Below, in pieces: positions 8,524 through 19,017 of a stretch of DNA of 64,000 nucleotides. The notes below the pieces were generated by a model. It was not told where the DNA came from. It searched no databases and saw only the letters and a list, made by a program, of their open reading frames with translations. The stretch is from Eggerthellaceae bacterium (GTDB taxonomy: Bacteria; Actinomycetota; Coriobacteriia; Coriobacteriales; Eggerthellaceae): positions 15,205 through 79,204 of the forward strand of contig SUUI01000006.1 of the NCBI GenBank assembly GCA_015062605.1. Reading direction: 5' to 3'. A program made the translations under genes and the position numbers. The number at the start of each line of letters is the position of its first letter. The stretch's first letter is position 1.

Positions 8524-9438
8524 CTAGACCTTCAGATAGCGGCGCATCGCGACAGCGGAACCAATCAGTCCGATGAGCAAGCCGGCAACGAGCATGCTGC
8601 CATATACGATCAATACCGTCGACGTTGTCAAATCGATGGGCATCCACGCAAGCGAGCTCTTGATCTGCGGCAGCACGAACTGGCGCAGAATCTCCAGCAC
8701 GCCGATGGCAAATAGCGCACCGATGATGGCGTGCAGTGCACCTTCCATCAAGAACGGCCCGCGAATGAATCCGTTGGACGCTCCGACCAAACGCATGATA
8801 GAGATCTCACGGCGACGCGCGAGAATCGCGAGGCGGATGGTGTTGTTGATGAAGATGAACGAAACGACGATCAGCAGGATGATCAAAGCCAAGCCGATGT
8901 AACGGACATAGTTAATCAACTTGAAGAGACGATCGACTGTCTTCTGGCCGTACTTCAGCGAGTCGGACGGATCAGTCGGATTGTCGCAGATCTTCTTGAA
9001 CGTGCTGTTCGCGAGGATCATGTTGGCAACCTGCTCGACTTGCTGCGGATCCGAAAGCTCGACGTTGATGGATGCGGGAAGCGGATTCTGACCATCGAGC
9101 TGGTTGATGATCTCAGGATTCGAGGTCATGGAATTACGGAAATTCTCGAGGGCCTGGTCCTTGGTGGTAAACGTCACGTTCGCCACGTGATCCATGTTCT
9201 TGATGGCCTGCTCCACTGAAGCGATATCGGATTCGCTTGCATCGTCGGCGACATACGCCGTGATCGACACCTCATTCTCGACGGAAGAGACGATGTTCGC
9301 AACGACAGTGCCGCCGATCAAGAAGATGCCGATGATGAGCAACGACAAAAAGATCGTGATGATCGAACCGAACGCAGTTGAGAAATTGCGCTTGAAGCCG
9401 ATGAAGGCTTCCTTTAAGAAGTAACCGAGATTACGCAT
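8524..9438 (-). CDS. ftsX: cell division ABC transporter permease FtsX
   Basis: ORF 8524..9597. The likely start [19 protein letters not shown] is the Met at 9438, overlapping the ftsE stop by 8 nt. Topology is FtsX-like: one TM, a large extracellular loop, then three C-terminal TMs. Confidence 0.85.
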   Translation of the reverse strand: MRNLGYFLKEAFIGFKRNFSTAFGSIITIFLSLLIIGIFLIGGTVVANIVSSVENEVSITAYVADDASESDIASVEQAIKNMDHVANVTFTTKDQALENFRNSMTSNPEIINQLDGQNPLPASINVELSDPQQVEQVANMILANSTFKKICDNPTDPSDSLKYGQKTVDRLFKLINYVRYIGLALIILLIVVSFIFINNTIRLAILARRREISIMRLVGASNGFIRGPFLMEGALHAIIGALFAIGVLEILRQFVLPQIKSSLAWMPIDLTTSTVLIVYGSMLVAGLLIGLIGSAVAMRRYLKV

Positions 9439-10399
9439 TGATGCCGTACACCCCCCTGCTTTGGTCGCGCGTGAGATGACCATGATCAAGCGCGATGACG
9501 CGGCGGCGCATGTTATCGACCATTTCGCGGTCGTGCGTGGCAACGAGGACCGTGGTGCCCGTGCGGTTGATGCGCTCGAGCAGATCCATGATGCCACGAG
9601 AAGTTTGCGGATCGAGATTGCCCGTGGGCTCGTCGCAGATGAGCAGCGGAGGACGGTTCACGATGGCGCGTGCAATGGACACGCGCTGTTGCTCGCCACC
9701 GGAGAGCTCATTGGGCATGTTGTAGAGCTTATCCTGCAGGCCGACCAGCCTGAGCACCTCGGGTACCTGCGTTTGGATGACCTGCTTGCTCTTGCCGATA
9801 ACCTCGAGGGCGAACGCGACGTTCTCGAACACGGTCTTATTCGGCAGGAGCTTGAAGTCCTGGAACACGCAGCCGATATTGCGGCGCAGATACGGGACGC
9901 GACGATTCGGCATCGCGCCAAGATCCTCACCCGCGATGAAAACTTTGCCCTTCGTGGGCTTCACGTTGCGGATCAGCAGGTTGATGAACGTCGACTTGCC
10001 CGATCCGGAATGACCGACCAAGAACACGAACTCGCCCGCATAGACCTGCAAGGACAGATCGTAGAGGGCGGCATAATTCGGTTGGGCCTCATAGACCTTG
10101 GTCACGTGGGACAGCACGATGACGGGCGTACCGCTTTGCTGCTCCATCAACGAGGGATCGACGGTCGGAAGCTCGGAAAGCTGACCGGTGAATTGAGGGT
10201 TCACGCCTTGGCGAGCGTGCGTGCGGCGCGCACGGCGCTGCGCTGCGGCGCTATCGGCTTTCGCGGGAGCTGGTTGTTCCTTTTCTACAGGCTCCTCGAC
10301 ATCGATAAGGATGTCCTCTTCGAGTTCGAGCGCATCTGTCGGCGGCTGCGTATGCCTGCCCAAGCGCTGCGCACCCTGAGCGTTCATTTCATCTGTCAC
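9431..10399 (-). CDS. ftsE: cell division ATP-binding protein FtsE with an N-terminal extension of about 95 aa
   Basis: Walker A (GHSGSGKST), ABC signature (LSGGEQQR) and Walker B ([12 protein letters not shown]) are present. It sits directly upstream of ftsX. Confidence 0.9.
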   Translation of the reverse strand: MTDEMNAQGAQRLGRHTQPPTDALELEEDILIDVEEPVEKEQPAPAKADSAAAQRRARRTHARQGVNPQFTGQLSELPTVDPSLMEQQSGTPVIVLSHVTKVYEAQPNYAALYDLSLQVYAGEFVFLVGHSGSGKSTFINLLIRNVKPTKGKVFIAGEDLGAMPNRRVPYLRRNIGCVFQDFKLLPNKTVFENVAFALEVIGKSKQVIQTQVPEVLRLVGLQDKLYNMPNELSGGEQQRVSIARAIVNRPPLLICDEPTGNLDPQTSRGIMDLLERINRTGTTVLVATHDREMVDNMRRRVIALDHGHLTRDQSRGVYGINA

Positions 10400-10464
10400 A
10401 GAATGCTCCGTTCATGTAGTGATGTACTGAGACAACTGATATTAGCGTTGTTATTCTAGCATGC

Positions 10465-11466
10465 TTACTTGCGCTGTATAACCTTCTCCACAGCAACCAC
10501 AATTGCGTGCGCATCGAGACCGAAGTACGTAAGCAGCTCTTCGAACTCGCCCGATTTGCCGAATACATCCTGCATGCCCACGAATTCGCAGGGAGCCGGA
10601 TGATGCGTGGCAAGTGCTGAGGCGACTGCGCTGCCCAAGCCACCGATGACCGAATGCTCTTCGGCGACCACGGCGCAACCGGTTTTCTCAATCGAGCCGA
10701 CTATCGTCTCGATATCGAGCGGCTTTACGCAGAATGCGTCGATAACCTCGGCAGAAATACCCGCTTCGGCCAATAGATCAGCGGCGATAAGCGCCTCCCT
10801 GATCTCCACACCGCATGCGACGATGGTCACATCGGTGCCTGGCCGCAGCACGTACGCGCGCCCGATCTCGAGTTCGACCTCGTCATCGTACACGCACGGA
10901 ACCGCCGCGCGACCCATGCGGACATACACGGGACCAGGAGTCTTCGCAGCCAAGCGGATGGCAGCTGCCGCCGCCGCATAATCAGCGGGGACGAGCACGC
11001 GCATGTTAGGCAGGCTCGTCATCAACGAGATGTCCTCGAGCATCTGATGGCTCCCGCCATCAGGACCGACGGAGATGCCCGCGTGCGTTGGGGCGATCTT
11101 GACGTTTAGATTGCTATACGCGACGGTATTACGGATTTGGTCGTACACGCGACCGGTTCCGAACACCGCGAATGAACCCGTGAATGCGATATGACCGGTC
11201 ACGGCAAGGCCGGCTGCCACATCGATCATGTTCTGCTCGGCAATGCCGCAGTTGAACAGGCGATCCGCGAATGCGGGATCAGCATCAGCGAACTTCTTGG
11301 TCGTCGTCGAACCGGCGAGGTCTGCATCGACCGCAACAATGGGCAGGCCTTCCTTCGCGAGCTCGGCGAGGGTAACGCCGTACGCCGCACGCGTCGCTTT
11401 CTTGACGAGCGATTGCTCGGCACTTGCGAATTTAACCACGGCATGCCTCCTTCCCTGCCTCGGCAA
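10465..11466 (-). CDS. transketolase, C-terminal (pyrimidine-binding) subunit
   Basis: A 333-aa ORF with typical split-transketolase subunit B sequence (RAAYGVTLAELAKE...DADLAGST...GIAEQNM). The start is uncertain: a GTG at 11439 overlaps the upstream stop and is an alternative. Confidence 0.85.
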   Translation of the reverse strand: MPRQGRRHAVVKFASAEQSLVKKATRAAYGVTLAELAKEGLPIVAVDADLAGSTTTKKFADADPAFADRLFNCGIAEQNMIDVAAGLAVTGHIAFTGSFAVFGTGRVYDQIRNTVAYSNLNVKIAPTHAGISVGPDGGSHQMLEDISLMTSLPNMRVLVPADYAAAAAAIRLAAKTPGPVYVRMGRAAVPCVYDDEVELEIGRAYVLRPGTDVTIVACGVEIREALIAADLLAEAGISAEVIDAFCVKPLDIETIVGSIEKTGCAVVAEEHSVIGGLGSAVASALATHHPAPCEFVGMQDVFGKSGEFEELLTYFGLDAHAIVVAVEKVIQRK

Positions 11467-12274
11467 GCTCTGCTAGAGCCTGCTCCAATTGCTCGGCATT
11501 CGGAGCCTTCCCGTGCCAGCCGACCTGATTCTCCATGAACGAGACGCCCTTGCCTTTGATGGTATGGGCGATGATTGCATGGGGCTTGCCTGTCCTGTCG
11601 GCCTTGCATGCGCCTAACAGCTCGATCAGCGCGGCGATGTCGTGACCGCAAACCTCATGCACATCGAAACCGAACGATGCGAACTTATCTGCAAGCAGCT
11701 CGGGGCTGCACACATCGGTGATGGCACCGTCGATCTGCAGTCCGTTGTTATCGATGATGGCCACAAGGTTATCGAGACCTTGATGGGCGGCGAACATGGC
11801 AGCCTCCCACACCTGGCCCTCCTCGCATTCGCCGTCGCCTAGAACGGCGAATACGGTAGCGGGATCTTCTTTTAGGCGAAGACCGCACGCGCAGCCGCAG
11901 GCGATGGATAGACCTTGGCCGAGCGAACCCGTGGAAACCTCCACACCGGGCACGAGGCTCGAATCCGGATGGCCCTGCAACTTGCTTCCGAGCTTTCGGA
12001 GCGTGATGAGCTCTTCCTTTGGAAAGAAACCGGCATGCGCCAACGTCGCATACAGCGCGGGCGCCGCATGGCCCTTCGCCAAGATGAAATAATCCCGACC
12101 GTCCATTTTCGGATCGGCGGGATCGTATGTTAGAACGTCTCCGAAATACAGAGCGGTAAGGATATCCGCGCACGAAAGCGATCCGCCAGGATGCCCGCTT
12201 CCGGCAGCCCCGATCATCCGCACGATGTCCGTGCGGATGTCAAGCGCAATGCGCTCGAGCTCAGCAAGTTCCAT
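11432..12274 (-). CDS. transketolase, N-terminal (TPP-binding) subunit
   Basis: A 280-aa ORF with GSGHPGGSLS, ILAKGHAAPALYA and GDGECEEGQVWEA motifs. Confidence 0.9.
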   Translation of the reverse strand: MELAELERIALDIRTDIVRMIGAAGSGHPGGSLSCADILTALYFGDVLTYDPADPKMDGRDYFILAKGHAAPALYATLAHAGFFPKEELITLRKLGSKLQGHPDSSLVPGVEVSTGSLGQGLSIACGCACGLRLKEDPATVFAVLGDGECEEGQVWEAAMFAAHQGLDNLVAIIDNNGLQIDGAITDVCSPELLADKFASFGFDVHEVCGHDIAALIELLGACKADRTGKPHAIIAHTIKGKGVSFMENQVGWHGKAPNAEQLEQALAELAEAGKEACRG

Positions 12275-12379
12275 GCTTTTGTTCCCCCTCGAGGAATAGA
12301 AAAACGCTACGGGGATATTCTACCGCCAAAGCATGCGCGCGCAATGCACAACCTGCGTATCGTTACGCTTTTGTCCGCT

Positions 12380-14854
12380 TTACGAAACGCCTCGGAACAG
12401 ATGACCCGATGTAGCAGCCGCTGGCTTGGAAACCGTGCCTGCATCGCGCTTCGCGAGATCAGCCGCATGCACCACGCGACCGACCGCCTGTGCGGTCTGC
12501 TCGGCATTGAGAAGCGTCGTATCGACCATCACCGAGGAGATTCCCGCGTGGATGAGCTCGGGCAACGCATGGGCCACATCGAGCTGCACGCTGTTGTACA
12601 GATGGCTTCTTCCCAGACAATCCGTCACAACGGGGAATTCGAAGTCCTTTCGATCCTTGAGGTAATGCGGGCTCTTGCGTCGAGGGCACGTATCGCAATC
12701 CTCATCGCACAATCCCTGGCTCATCAATAGGCAGTGCTCTGTGATCATGAGCTCCTGCGTGCCTAAGATGGTGAGCCCCAAAGGCACAGGAGAACCGTCA
12801 AGGCCCAAATCGCTGATCTGGGAGAGCGTGAGTTCGGGAGAAAGCCATACACGCTCCGCACCGAGACGTGCGGCATAATCAAGTGCCGCCTTGTTGGCAA
12901 TGGGAAGATGCGGGCCGATCTCGGCCTTTGCTCCAAGTTCGACTGCGCGGACAAGCGCGCCTAGGCTATCGACGAACAGGGGCTTACCTGGTTTCGCATA
13001 TTCCCATACATCGATATCGCGCTCGTATTCACGCGTGCCCTCGATGATATCGTGATCGATGGTCGGAAGCGCGATGACGCATTGTTTCGGATAACCCATC
13101 TGCTCGGCAGCATTGTTGCGCTGACCGGCAATAAGCGCCTCGCCCCGCTTGTAATTGAGAGCAGGGACATATATCACCTGCGCGCCTGCGCGACGCGCTG
13201 CACGCGCGCATGCGGGATTGGTCACCCATGCACATACCACACACCTATTCGGGCGGGAAACGGAAAGCTCTTCTCTTTCAACAAGCTTCTCGAGCTTGCG
13301 ATCTTTGTAAGGGGCGAGTATGGCGGTTTGGAGTTTTTCGAGCGCCTCAGCACGGACGCGGTGCACCTCCGAGAAACCTAAACCGACGCCTTCATCGAGC
13401 GAGGAAGAGAATGATGCGAGAGAAAACGGGGTCTGGCCCATGCGGTCAACATGCGAGCGAATCTCCTCGGAGGTTACCGCCTTGGTACGCGCAGCTTCGA
13501 CTACGCCACCAGTAGCCGATGCGGAATACGAAAGCTCCTCACCCACGTGCTCGATGGATGCATCGAATCGCACCTTGAATGGCTCTCCCTCGCGGACCGT
13601 CGCACACCCCGCAACAGGTACTTTGGGCTCATTCGAATCATCGATAAATGCCAGCGAGGCATCCTTCACGCGAAATACGCGGTCACCCGCATTTACTGCG
13701 CGCTGATCGCGCTTCTTGCGGTCGAGCGGGATGCGGACCATGCCCTGCGAAGCGATTTTTATCTCATCGAGCGTGACGGTCGCTCGACCCTTGCCTGTCC
13801 AAATCTCCAAGATGTCGCCAGGGTTCAGACGCTTCTCGGATTTGACATACGCCGCGTTCTCGCTCGTGCGACCGATACGGCCCAAGGAGACGCCGCGGTT
13901 GTTCGGGCGCTTGTATCCCATCATGTCATTACCGCGTTCGTGCTCGAGATATGCCGTCGTGAAACCTCGCGAGAACGCCTCGGCGAGCACGCGCCGCTCT
14001 TCTTCGGTCGCCCGCGAAAAACCTCCCGAAGCGATCCTGTCGAGCACGGCACGATAGGTTTTCACGACCGAATACACGTATTCGGGCGCCTTCATGCGGC
14101 CTTCGATCTTCAATGACGAGATGCCGCAATCAATAAGCGGTTCCAATATATCGATGGTGCACAGATCACGCGGAGATAGCAGATACTCGCCCGGTGACGG
14201 AAGGTCCTTTCTGACTGCACGATTATGCAGGGTATATGGGAGACGGCATGCCTGCGCGCACATCCCACGGTTCGCCGACCGCCCCCCGATGAGCGAGGAA
14301 AGCAAGCACTGCCCCGAATAGCAGACGCACAGCGCTCCGTGTGCGAACACTTCGACTTCCATGCCAAGCTCGCGCGCATAGCTCGCGCATTCCCTTATCT
14401 CCTCGAGCGCAAGCTCGCGGGCAAGCGTGATGCGCGCGGCCCCAAGCGAAGCCGCCGCAGCGATGCCCGCGAGGTTGTGCGTATTCATCTGCGTCGAGAT
14501 ATGCAGGCGCGCTTGCGGAAGCGTTCGGACGATCTCGCTTGCCACGCCGATATCCTGCACGATGAACGCATCGACCCCGGCACGCCATGCTTGGCGGGCG
14601 ACTTCGAGTGCCTGCTTGAACTCGGAGTCCATGATGACGGTATTGAGCGTCAGGTATATCTTCACGCCACGGAGATGGGCGTAGTCGCAACCCTCGCGAA
14701 GGGTCTTGTAGGTGAAATTGCCCGCGCCGCGTCGCGCGTTGAAGGATTCGAGCCCCAAATAAACCGCATCAGCACCTGCTTTGACCGCCGCATGGAGGCA
14801 TGTAGGGTTGCCTGCAGGAGCTAAAAGCTCGACGTGCGCGTTTTCTATGCTCAT
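12380..14854 (-). CDS. peptidase U32 family protein (long form, about 825 aa)
   Basis: ORF 12380..15079. The conserved start MSIENAHVELLAPAGNPTCLHAAVKAGADAVYLGLESFNARR is the Met at 14854. The U32 signature region is ELGMEVEVFAHGALCVCYSGQCLLSS. Confidence 0.85.
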   Translation of the reverse strand: MSIENAHVELLAPAGNPTCLHAAVKAGADAVYLGLESFNARRGAGNFTYKTLREGCDYAHLRGVKIYLTLNTVIMDSEFKQALEVARQAWRAGVDAFIVQDIGVASEIVRTLPQARLHISTQMNTHNLAGIAAAASLGAARITLARELALEEIRECASYARELGMEVEVFAHGALCVCYSGQCLLSSLIGGRSANRGMCAQACRLPYTLHNRAVRKDLPSPGEYLLSPRDLCTIDILEPLIDCGISSLKIEGRMKAPEYVYSVVKTYRAVLDRIASGGFSRATEEERRVLAEAFSRGFTTAYLEHERGNDMMGYKRPNNRGVSLGRIGRTSENAAYVKSEKRLNPGDILEIWTGKGRATVTLDEIKIASQGMVRIPLDRKKRDQRAVNAGDRVFRVKDASLAFIDDSNEPKVPVAGCATVREGEPFKVRFDASIEHVGEELSYSASATGGVVEAARTKAVTSEEIRSHVDRMGQTPFSLASFSSSLDEGVGLGFSEVHRVRAEALEKLQTAILAPYKDRKLEKLVEREELSVSRPNRCVVCAWVTNPACARAARRAGAQVIYVPALNYKRGEALIAGQRNNAAEQMGYPKQCVIALPTIDHDIIEGTREYERDIDVWEYAKPGKPLFVDSLGALVRAVELGAKAEIGPHLPIANKAALDYAARLGAERVWLSPELTLSQISDLGLDGSPVPLGLTILGTQELMITEHCLLMSQGLCDEDCDTCPRRKSPHYLKDRKDFEFPVVTDCLGRSHLYNSVQLDVAHALPELIHAGISSVMVDTTLLNAEQTAQAVGRVVHAADLAKRDAGTVSKPAAATSGHLFRGVS

Positions 14855-14906
14855 AAGATGTGTCCTTTTCGTATGCATGTCTAGTTCATGGTAGTATAGA
14901 CCAGTT

Positions 14907-17054
14907 ATGAAGATACGTAGAAAACAGCGCCAATCAAAAGTACGCACTGGACGGTGGACAGCCCTTTTCATCGTGGCAGCGCTCTTAGTCGTCGCCGTCG
15001 GAGGCCTCGGCGGCTTTCTCGTCCTCGCGAATATCTGGACCGAGGACCTTCCCGACATCACGCAAAAGGATGCGTTCAACTTAGCCCAGCGCTCGACCGT
15101 CTACGCGAATGATGGCGAAACGGTTCTCGCGGAATTCCAAATCGAGAACCGCGAGCCGCTCGATTCCTTGGATCAAATCAGCCCCAACCTCGTGCAGGCG
15201 ACCATCGCAACGGAGGATGCCCGCTTCTACGACCATAACGGCGTCGATCTGTTCGGCATCGCCCGCGCTGTCGTCTCCAATGTGCTTGGTGGCGAAGTCC
15301 AAGGTGCGTCAACCATCACGCAGCAGCTCGTACGCAATACCCTGCTTTCCGATGAAGCGCGCGATATCACGCTCAAGCGTAAGGTGCGCGAAGCCGCGCT
15401 CGCATTGGAAATGGAGAAGCTTTACACCAAGGAAGACATCCTTCTCATGTATCTCAACACCATCAACTATGGTGATGGTTGCTACGGCATCGAATCGGCT
15501 TCGCAGCATTACTTCTCGAAACATGCTTCGGAGCTGACCTTGCCCGAGGCGGCAACGCTCGCGGGCATCCCGCAGTCTCCTTCGTACTTGAACCCGGTCT
15601 ATTACCCGGATGCATGCCAGAATCGCCGTAATTCAGTGCTCTCGCGCATGACCTCCTATGGTGCCATCACAGAAGAGCAGCAGAACGAAGCCATGCAAGC
15701 ACCCCTTACGCTCGAGCTGAAGGAAGCGCAGGGCAATAACGGCATCTACCTCTATCCGTACTTCACGAGCTATGTGCGAGATGTGCTCCTCGAGCAATAC
15801 TCGACCGCCGAGATCTTCGCAGGCGGCTTAAAGATCTACACGACGCTTGACGTGAAGATGCAGGATGCCGCCGAAGCGGCATGCGAAGACCAATGCGACT
15901 CGATGGACGATGCCTACGAGTGCGCGCTTGTAGCGGTCGACCCCAACACCGGATTCATCAAGGCGCTCGTCGGCGGTAAGGACTTCGAGAAAGAGCAATT
16001 CAACATCGCTGTCCAGAAGGGTCGTCCCACCGGCTCGTCCTTCAAGGCGTTCACGCTGACCGCCGCGATCTCTTCGGGCATTTCCCCATCGACCAAGGTG
16101 AACTGCGCATCTCCCGCCACGATTACGGGTAAACGCATCGAGAACTTCGCCAACATCGATTACGGCGTCCGCTCCATCGCGAGCATGACCGCAGTATCCT
16201 CGAACACCGGATTCGCACGTCTCCAGCAAGAAGTCGGCACGCAAAACGTCATCGAGATGGCGCGTAGGCTTGGCATCAAGAACGCCGATCTGCCCGCAGT
16301 CACCTCGCTCACCTTAGGCGTTGCCGATATCACCCCGCTTGAGATGGCTCAGGCTTACGGCACCTTGGCATCAGGCGGCATCTATCATAAGGCCGTACCT
16401 ATCGAGCGCATCGTCGACAAGCACGGCAATGAGATCTACAAGGCAGAGACCGAAGGCGAACGCGTCATCGACCAAAGCATCGCAGGCGCTGTGACAGAAG
16501 TCTTACAGGGCGTCTTCTACGGTGAGGGCACCGCTTCTGGCTATGCGCTTGCCGATGGCCGTCCGGTCGCAGGAAAGACCGGCACGTCCGAGGACTTCCG
16601 TGACCACACGCTCATCGGCTACACACCGCAACTCGTGTGCGCGACATGGATCGGCGACCGCTACAACGTCTACTCCTCCGAATACGTTAACTGCAATTGG
16701 TTGTTCAAGGACTTCATGGACGAGGCCTTATGGGATTACCCCATCGAGTACTTCCCCGCCTACAACACTCCTTCGTATGGCCGTTCCGTCTCCTCTATCC
16801 TGATGGAAGGTGCAAAGGACGAAGATGAGGAAGAGGAAGAGGCGGAAGCGAAGAGAAAGGCCGAGGAAGAGGCTCAGAAGAAAGCCGAAGAGGAAGCCAG
16901 GCAGAAAGCACAAGAGCAGGAGCAGCAGGGCGGCACACCCGGTGGTGATACACCAGGTGGCGATACCCCGGGCGGAGATACGCCAGGAGGAGACACCCCG
17001 GGTGGTGACACTCCCGGTGGAGATACCCCGGGTGGCGATGGCGATTCGGGCTAA
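14907..17054 (+). CDS. class A penicillin-binding protein (GT51 transglycosylase plus transpeptidase) with a charged-helix plus (GGDTP)n C-terminal tail
   Basis: A 715-aa ORF with an N-terminal TM. The GT51 motif is ATEDARFYDHNGVD and the transpeptidase motifs are SSFK and KTGT. The tail is KDEDEEEEEAEAKRKAEEEAQKKAEEEARQKAQEQEQQ followed by GGTP(GGDTP)6GGDGDSG. Confidence 0.9.
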   Translation: MKIRRKQRQSKVRTGRWTALFIVAALLVVAVGGLGGFLVLANIWTEDLPDITQKDAFNLAQRSTVYANDGETVLAEFQIENREPLDSLDQISPNLVQATIATEDARFYDHNGVDLFGIARAVVSNVLGGEVQGASTITQQLVRNTLLSDEARDITLKRKVREAALALEMEKLYTKEDILLMYLNTINYGDGCYGIESASQHYFSKHASELTLPEAATLAGIPQSPSYLNPVYYPDACQNRRNSVLSRMTSYGAITEEQQNEAMQAPLTLELKEAQGNNGIYLYPYFTSYVRDVLLEQYSTAEIFAGGLKIYTTLDVKMQDAAEAACEDQCDSMDDAYECALVAVDPNTGFIKALVGGKDFEKEQFNIAVQKGRPTGSSFKAFTLTAAISSGISPSTKVNCASPATITGKRIENFANIDYGVRSIASMTAVSSNTGFARLQQEVGTQNVIEMARRLGIKNADLPAVTSLTLGVADITPLEMAQAYGTLASGGIYHKAVPIERIVDKHGNEIYKAETEGERVIDQSIAGAVTEVLQGVFYGEGTASGYALADGRPVAGKTGTSEDFRDHTLIGYTPQLVCATWIGDRYNVYSSEYVNCNWLFKDFMDEALWDYPIEYFPAYNTPSYGRSVSSILMEGAKDEDEEEEEAEAKRKAEEEAQKKAEEEARQKAQEQEQQGGTPGGDTPGGDTPGGDTPGGDTPGGDTPGGDTPGGDGDSG
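16929..17045 (+). repeat. in-frame 15-nt tandem repeat coding (GGDTP)n, about 7 units
   Basis: Read directly: ggcggcacaccc ggtggtgatacacca ggtggcgataccccg ggcggagatacgcca ggaggagacaccccg ggtggtgacactccc ggtggagataccccg. The units differ mostly at synonymous positions. Confidence 0.9.
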
Positions 17055-17062
17055 GCCCCTAC

Positions 17063-17689
17063 CTATTTCCCATCAGAGAAGCTTGTGAAAGCACCGCGTT
17101 CGACGGTCGGAAGGCCGTATGTCTCTTTCGCGGCACAGATGGCCTTCATCAGGAAGCTCATATTCCGTGCAAGGTTGCGCATGGTCTGCAAACCCTCGGC
17201 ATCCTTCTTCACATCCTCAGCCGAGAACCCATGCACTTGATTCCAATACGTGGAGGATGCTACCGGCATGCCACTGATGGTGAAGTACTTGTTCAAAGCA
17301 TCGAAAGTCGCACTGGTGCCACCGCGCCTTGCACTCACAACCGAAGCGCCGACCTTCATGTGCTTGGAGAAGGGCGTGCTGTAGAACAGACGGTCCAAAA
17401 ACGCAAGAATGGTGCCATTGGGTGACGCGTAATACACAGGGCTTCCGATGACGAGTCCGTCTGCCTCTTCCAATTTGGGAGCAACCTCATTGACAAGGTC
17501 ATCGATGACACAATGACCGGTTTTGGAACAGGACTGGCAAGCCAAACATCCCCTGATGTCCTTGTTCCCAACATGGATAAGCTCAGTCTCGATGCCTTCC
17601 TCGGCGAAGATGGTACGCATCTCCGCTAACGCCGTTGCCGTGCAGCCATTCGCCTTAGGGCTTCCGTTCAGCATGAGTACCTTTGTCAT
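17063..17689 (-). CDS. iron-sulfur flavoprotein / NADPH-dependent FMN reductase family protein
   Basis: A 208-aa ORF with a flavodoxin-like N-terminus (MTKVLMLNGSPKANGCT) and a compact Cys cluster, CLACQSCSKTGHC (CX2CX2CX5C), typical of Isf-type proteins. Confidence 0.75.
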   Translation of the reverse strand: MTKVLMLNGSPKANGCTATALAEMRTIFAEEGIETELIHVGNKDIRGCLACQSCSKTGHCVIDDLVNEVAPKLEEADGLVIGSPVYYASPNGTILAFLDRLFYSTPFSKHMKVGASVVSARRGGTSATFDALNKYFTISGMPVASSTYWNQVHGFSAEDVKKDAEGLQTMRNLARNMSFLMKAICAAKETYGLPTVERGAFTSFSDGK

Positions 17690-17745
17690 GTTCGATATAC
17701 CTCCTAAAGAGCGTTGAAGAGCTTATTCGATTGGCAAGTTGAAGA

Positions 17746-18393
17746 TCAGTCTTTTACGATCGAGGCGCCCGCTTTACGTGCGCATTCGAGACGCTGCGGG
17801 AACACCGTCTCGTGGCGCTCGATACGCGCTTCGGCGTCGAATCTCGTCCAATTGTAACGAGGATAATCGTTCACCTGCTTCGTGCCAGCAGCGATGATGA
17901 CCGTTGTAGGTCCTACGAACGAATTGAACATCTCCTCGTACTTCTTGATCAGAGCATGGTAATACCCATCAGGCTCATACGCCTCATCCGGAGCGTTGCT
18001 CGTCATGATGAACACCACGGGAATCGGATGCGTATTGTAGCTATCGATTTCAGATTTGTATGTGATGTACTGAAAAATGATACGTTCGATCAGCGCCCTG
18101 AAAGAAGCCGTGCCCTCGCTTAGGTAATTCGGCGTACCGATGATCAACCCATCAGCTGTGCGGATGGCCTCCAACACCTGCGTCAAGCCATCCTTGCAGA
18201 TGCAATGCCCGAGATTCTTCTCAAGCTTGCAGCCGAAGCATGAAATGCAGCCCGTGAACTTATCGAGATCGAACAAATCGAAATACTCGATTTGCGCACC
18301 AGCCTCCTTGGCTCCCTCGCAGGCGGCAGCGATCATCTGCGCCGTATTCCACTTCTTCCGAGGCCCCGCATTCACTGCAACGATACGTTTCAT
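17746..18393 (-). CDS. iron-sulfur flavoprotein / flavodoxin-like NAD(P)H oxidoreductase family protein
   Basis: A 215-aa ORF, MKRIVAVNAGPRKKWNTAQM..., with the Cys motif CISCFGCKLEKNLGHC (CX2CX2CX8C). Confidence 0.75.
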   Translation of the reverse strand: MKRIVAVNAGPRKKWNTAQMIAAACEGAKEAGAQIEYFDLFDLDKFTGCISCFGCKLEKNLGHCICKDGLTQVLEAIRTADGLIIGTPNYLSEGTASFRALIERIIFQYITYKSEIDSYNTHPIPVVFIMTSNAPDEAYEPDGYYHALIKKYEEMFNSFVGPTTVIIAAGTKQVNDYPRYNWTRFDAEARIERHETVFPQRLECARKAGASIVKD

Positions 18394-18466
18394 GGCTCAC
18401 CCTTTCGTCTCAATGCTTGCAAAACACGGGTACTGGCCGTGCTTGGGGTAACGCTCTAAAGAGAGA

Positions 18467-18955
18467 TTATTCCTTGCCTGCAGCCACTTGGTCGGCTTGC
18501 TTCAGCTCATCGATGCCTTTGTTGTACGCGTCTTGTATCTGAGACAATCTCGCAGAATAGCTTGCATCGGACATGCCCTTGGCATTCGCATATAGATCCA
18601 CGTACCCTGAAAGCGCCTCGCGCAGGCTCGTGCAGCCTGCCGCATAGTGCTCATGAACGTCCTTTAGCGCATCGGGTACTTCGAGCTTCTCTATCTTGTC
18701 GAGTACGGCAAGCGCATCGTTCGCCTTCGACACGATGGTGACCTTATCGCCCGAATTTATCGAAGCGGACAGACCCTCGAGCTCGGTTTGGAGCTCGGCC
18801 GCGATCTTGTTTATCTGCGACATATATGCGCGATTCGCTGCCTGTTGCTGCTGCTCGGGCGTCTGGGATTGGCTTGCGCAGCCTGCGAGCATGCATACGG
18901 CCAATGCGCCGATGCACGCAAAGGCGATCAGTTTCGCGAAACGTTTCTTAATCAT
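18467..18955 (-). CDS. putative lipoprotein, helical, function unknown
   Basis: A 162-aa ORF with a signal peptide and lipobox (ALAVCMLAGC|ASQ). Confidence 0.6.
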   Translation of the reverse strand: MIKKRFAKLIAFACIGALAVCMLAGCASQSQTPEQQQQAANRAYMSQINKIAAELQTELEGLSASINSGDKVTIVSKANDALAVLDKIEKLEVPDALKDVHEHYAAGCTSLREALSGYVDLYANAKGMSDASYSARLSQIQDAYNKGIDELKQADQVAAGKE

Positions 18956-19017
18956 GAACTGCCTTTCTATCGCACATGAGGTTCACGAAGCATCTTTGGG
19001 GAACGTGCTGTGCAATC

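Noticed and set aside
9461-10459. A 332-aa plus-strand ORF antisense to ftsE. Similar antisense ORFs occur at 3511..4335, 13451..14116, 14225..14824, 30651..31439 and 33183..33839.
   Set aside because: These are shadow ORFs opposite well-supported genes. They show no motifs and their composition is typical of antisense GC-rich frames.
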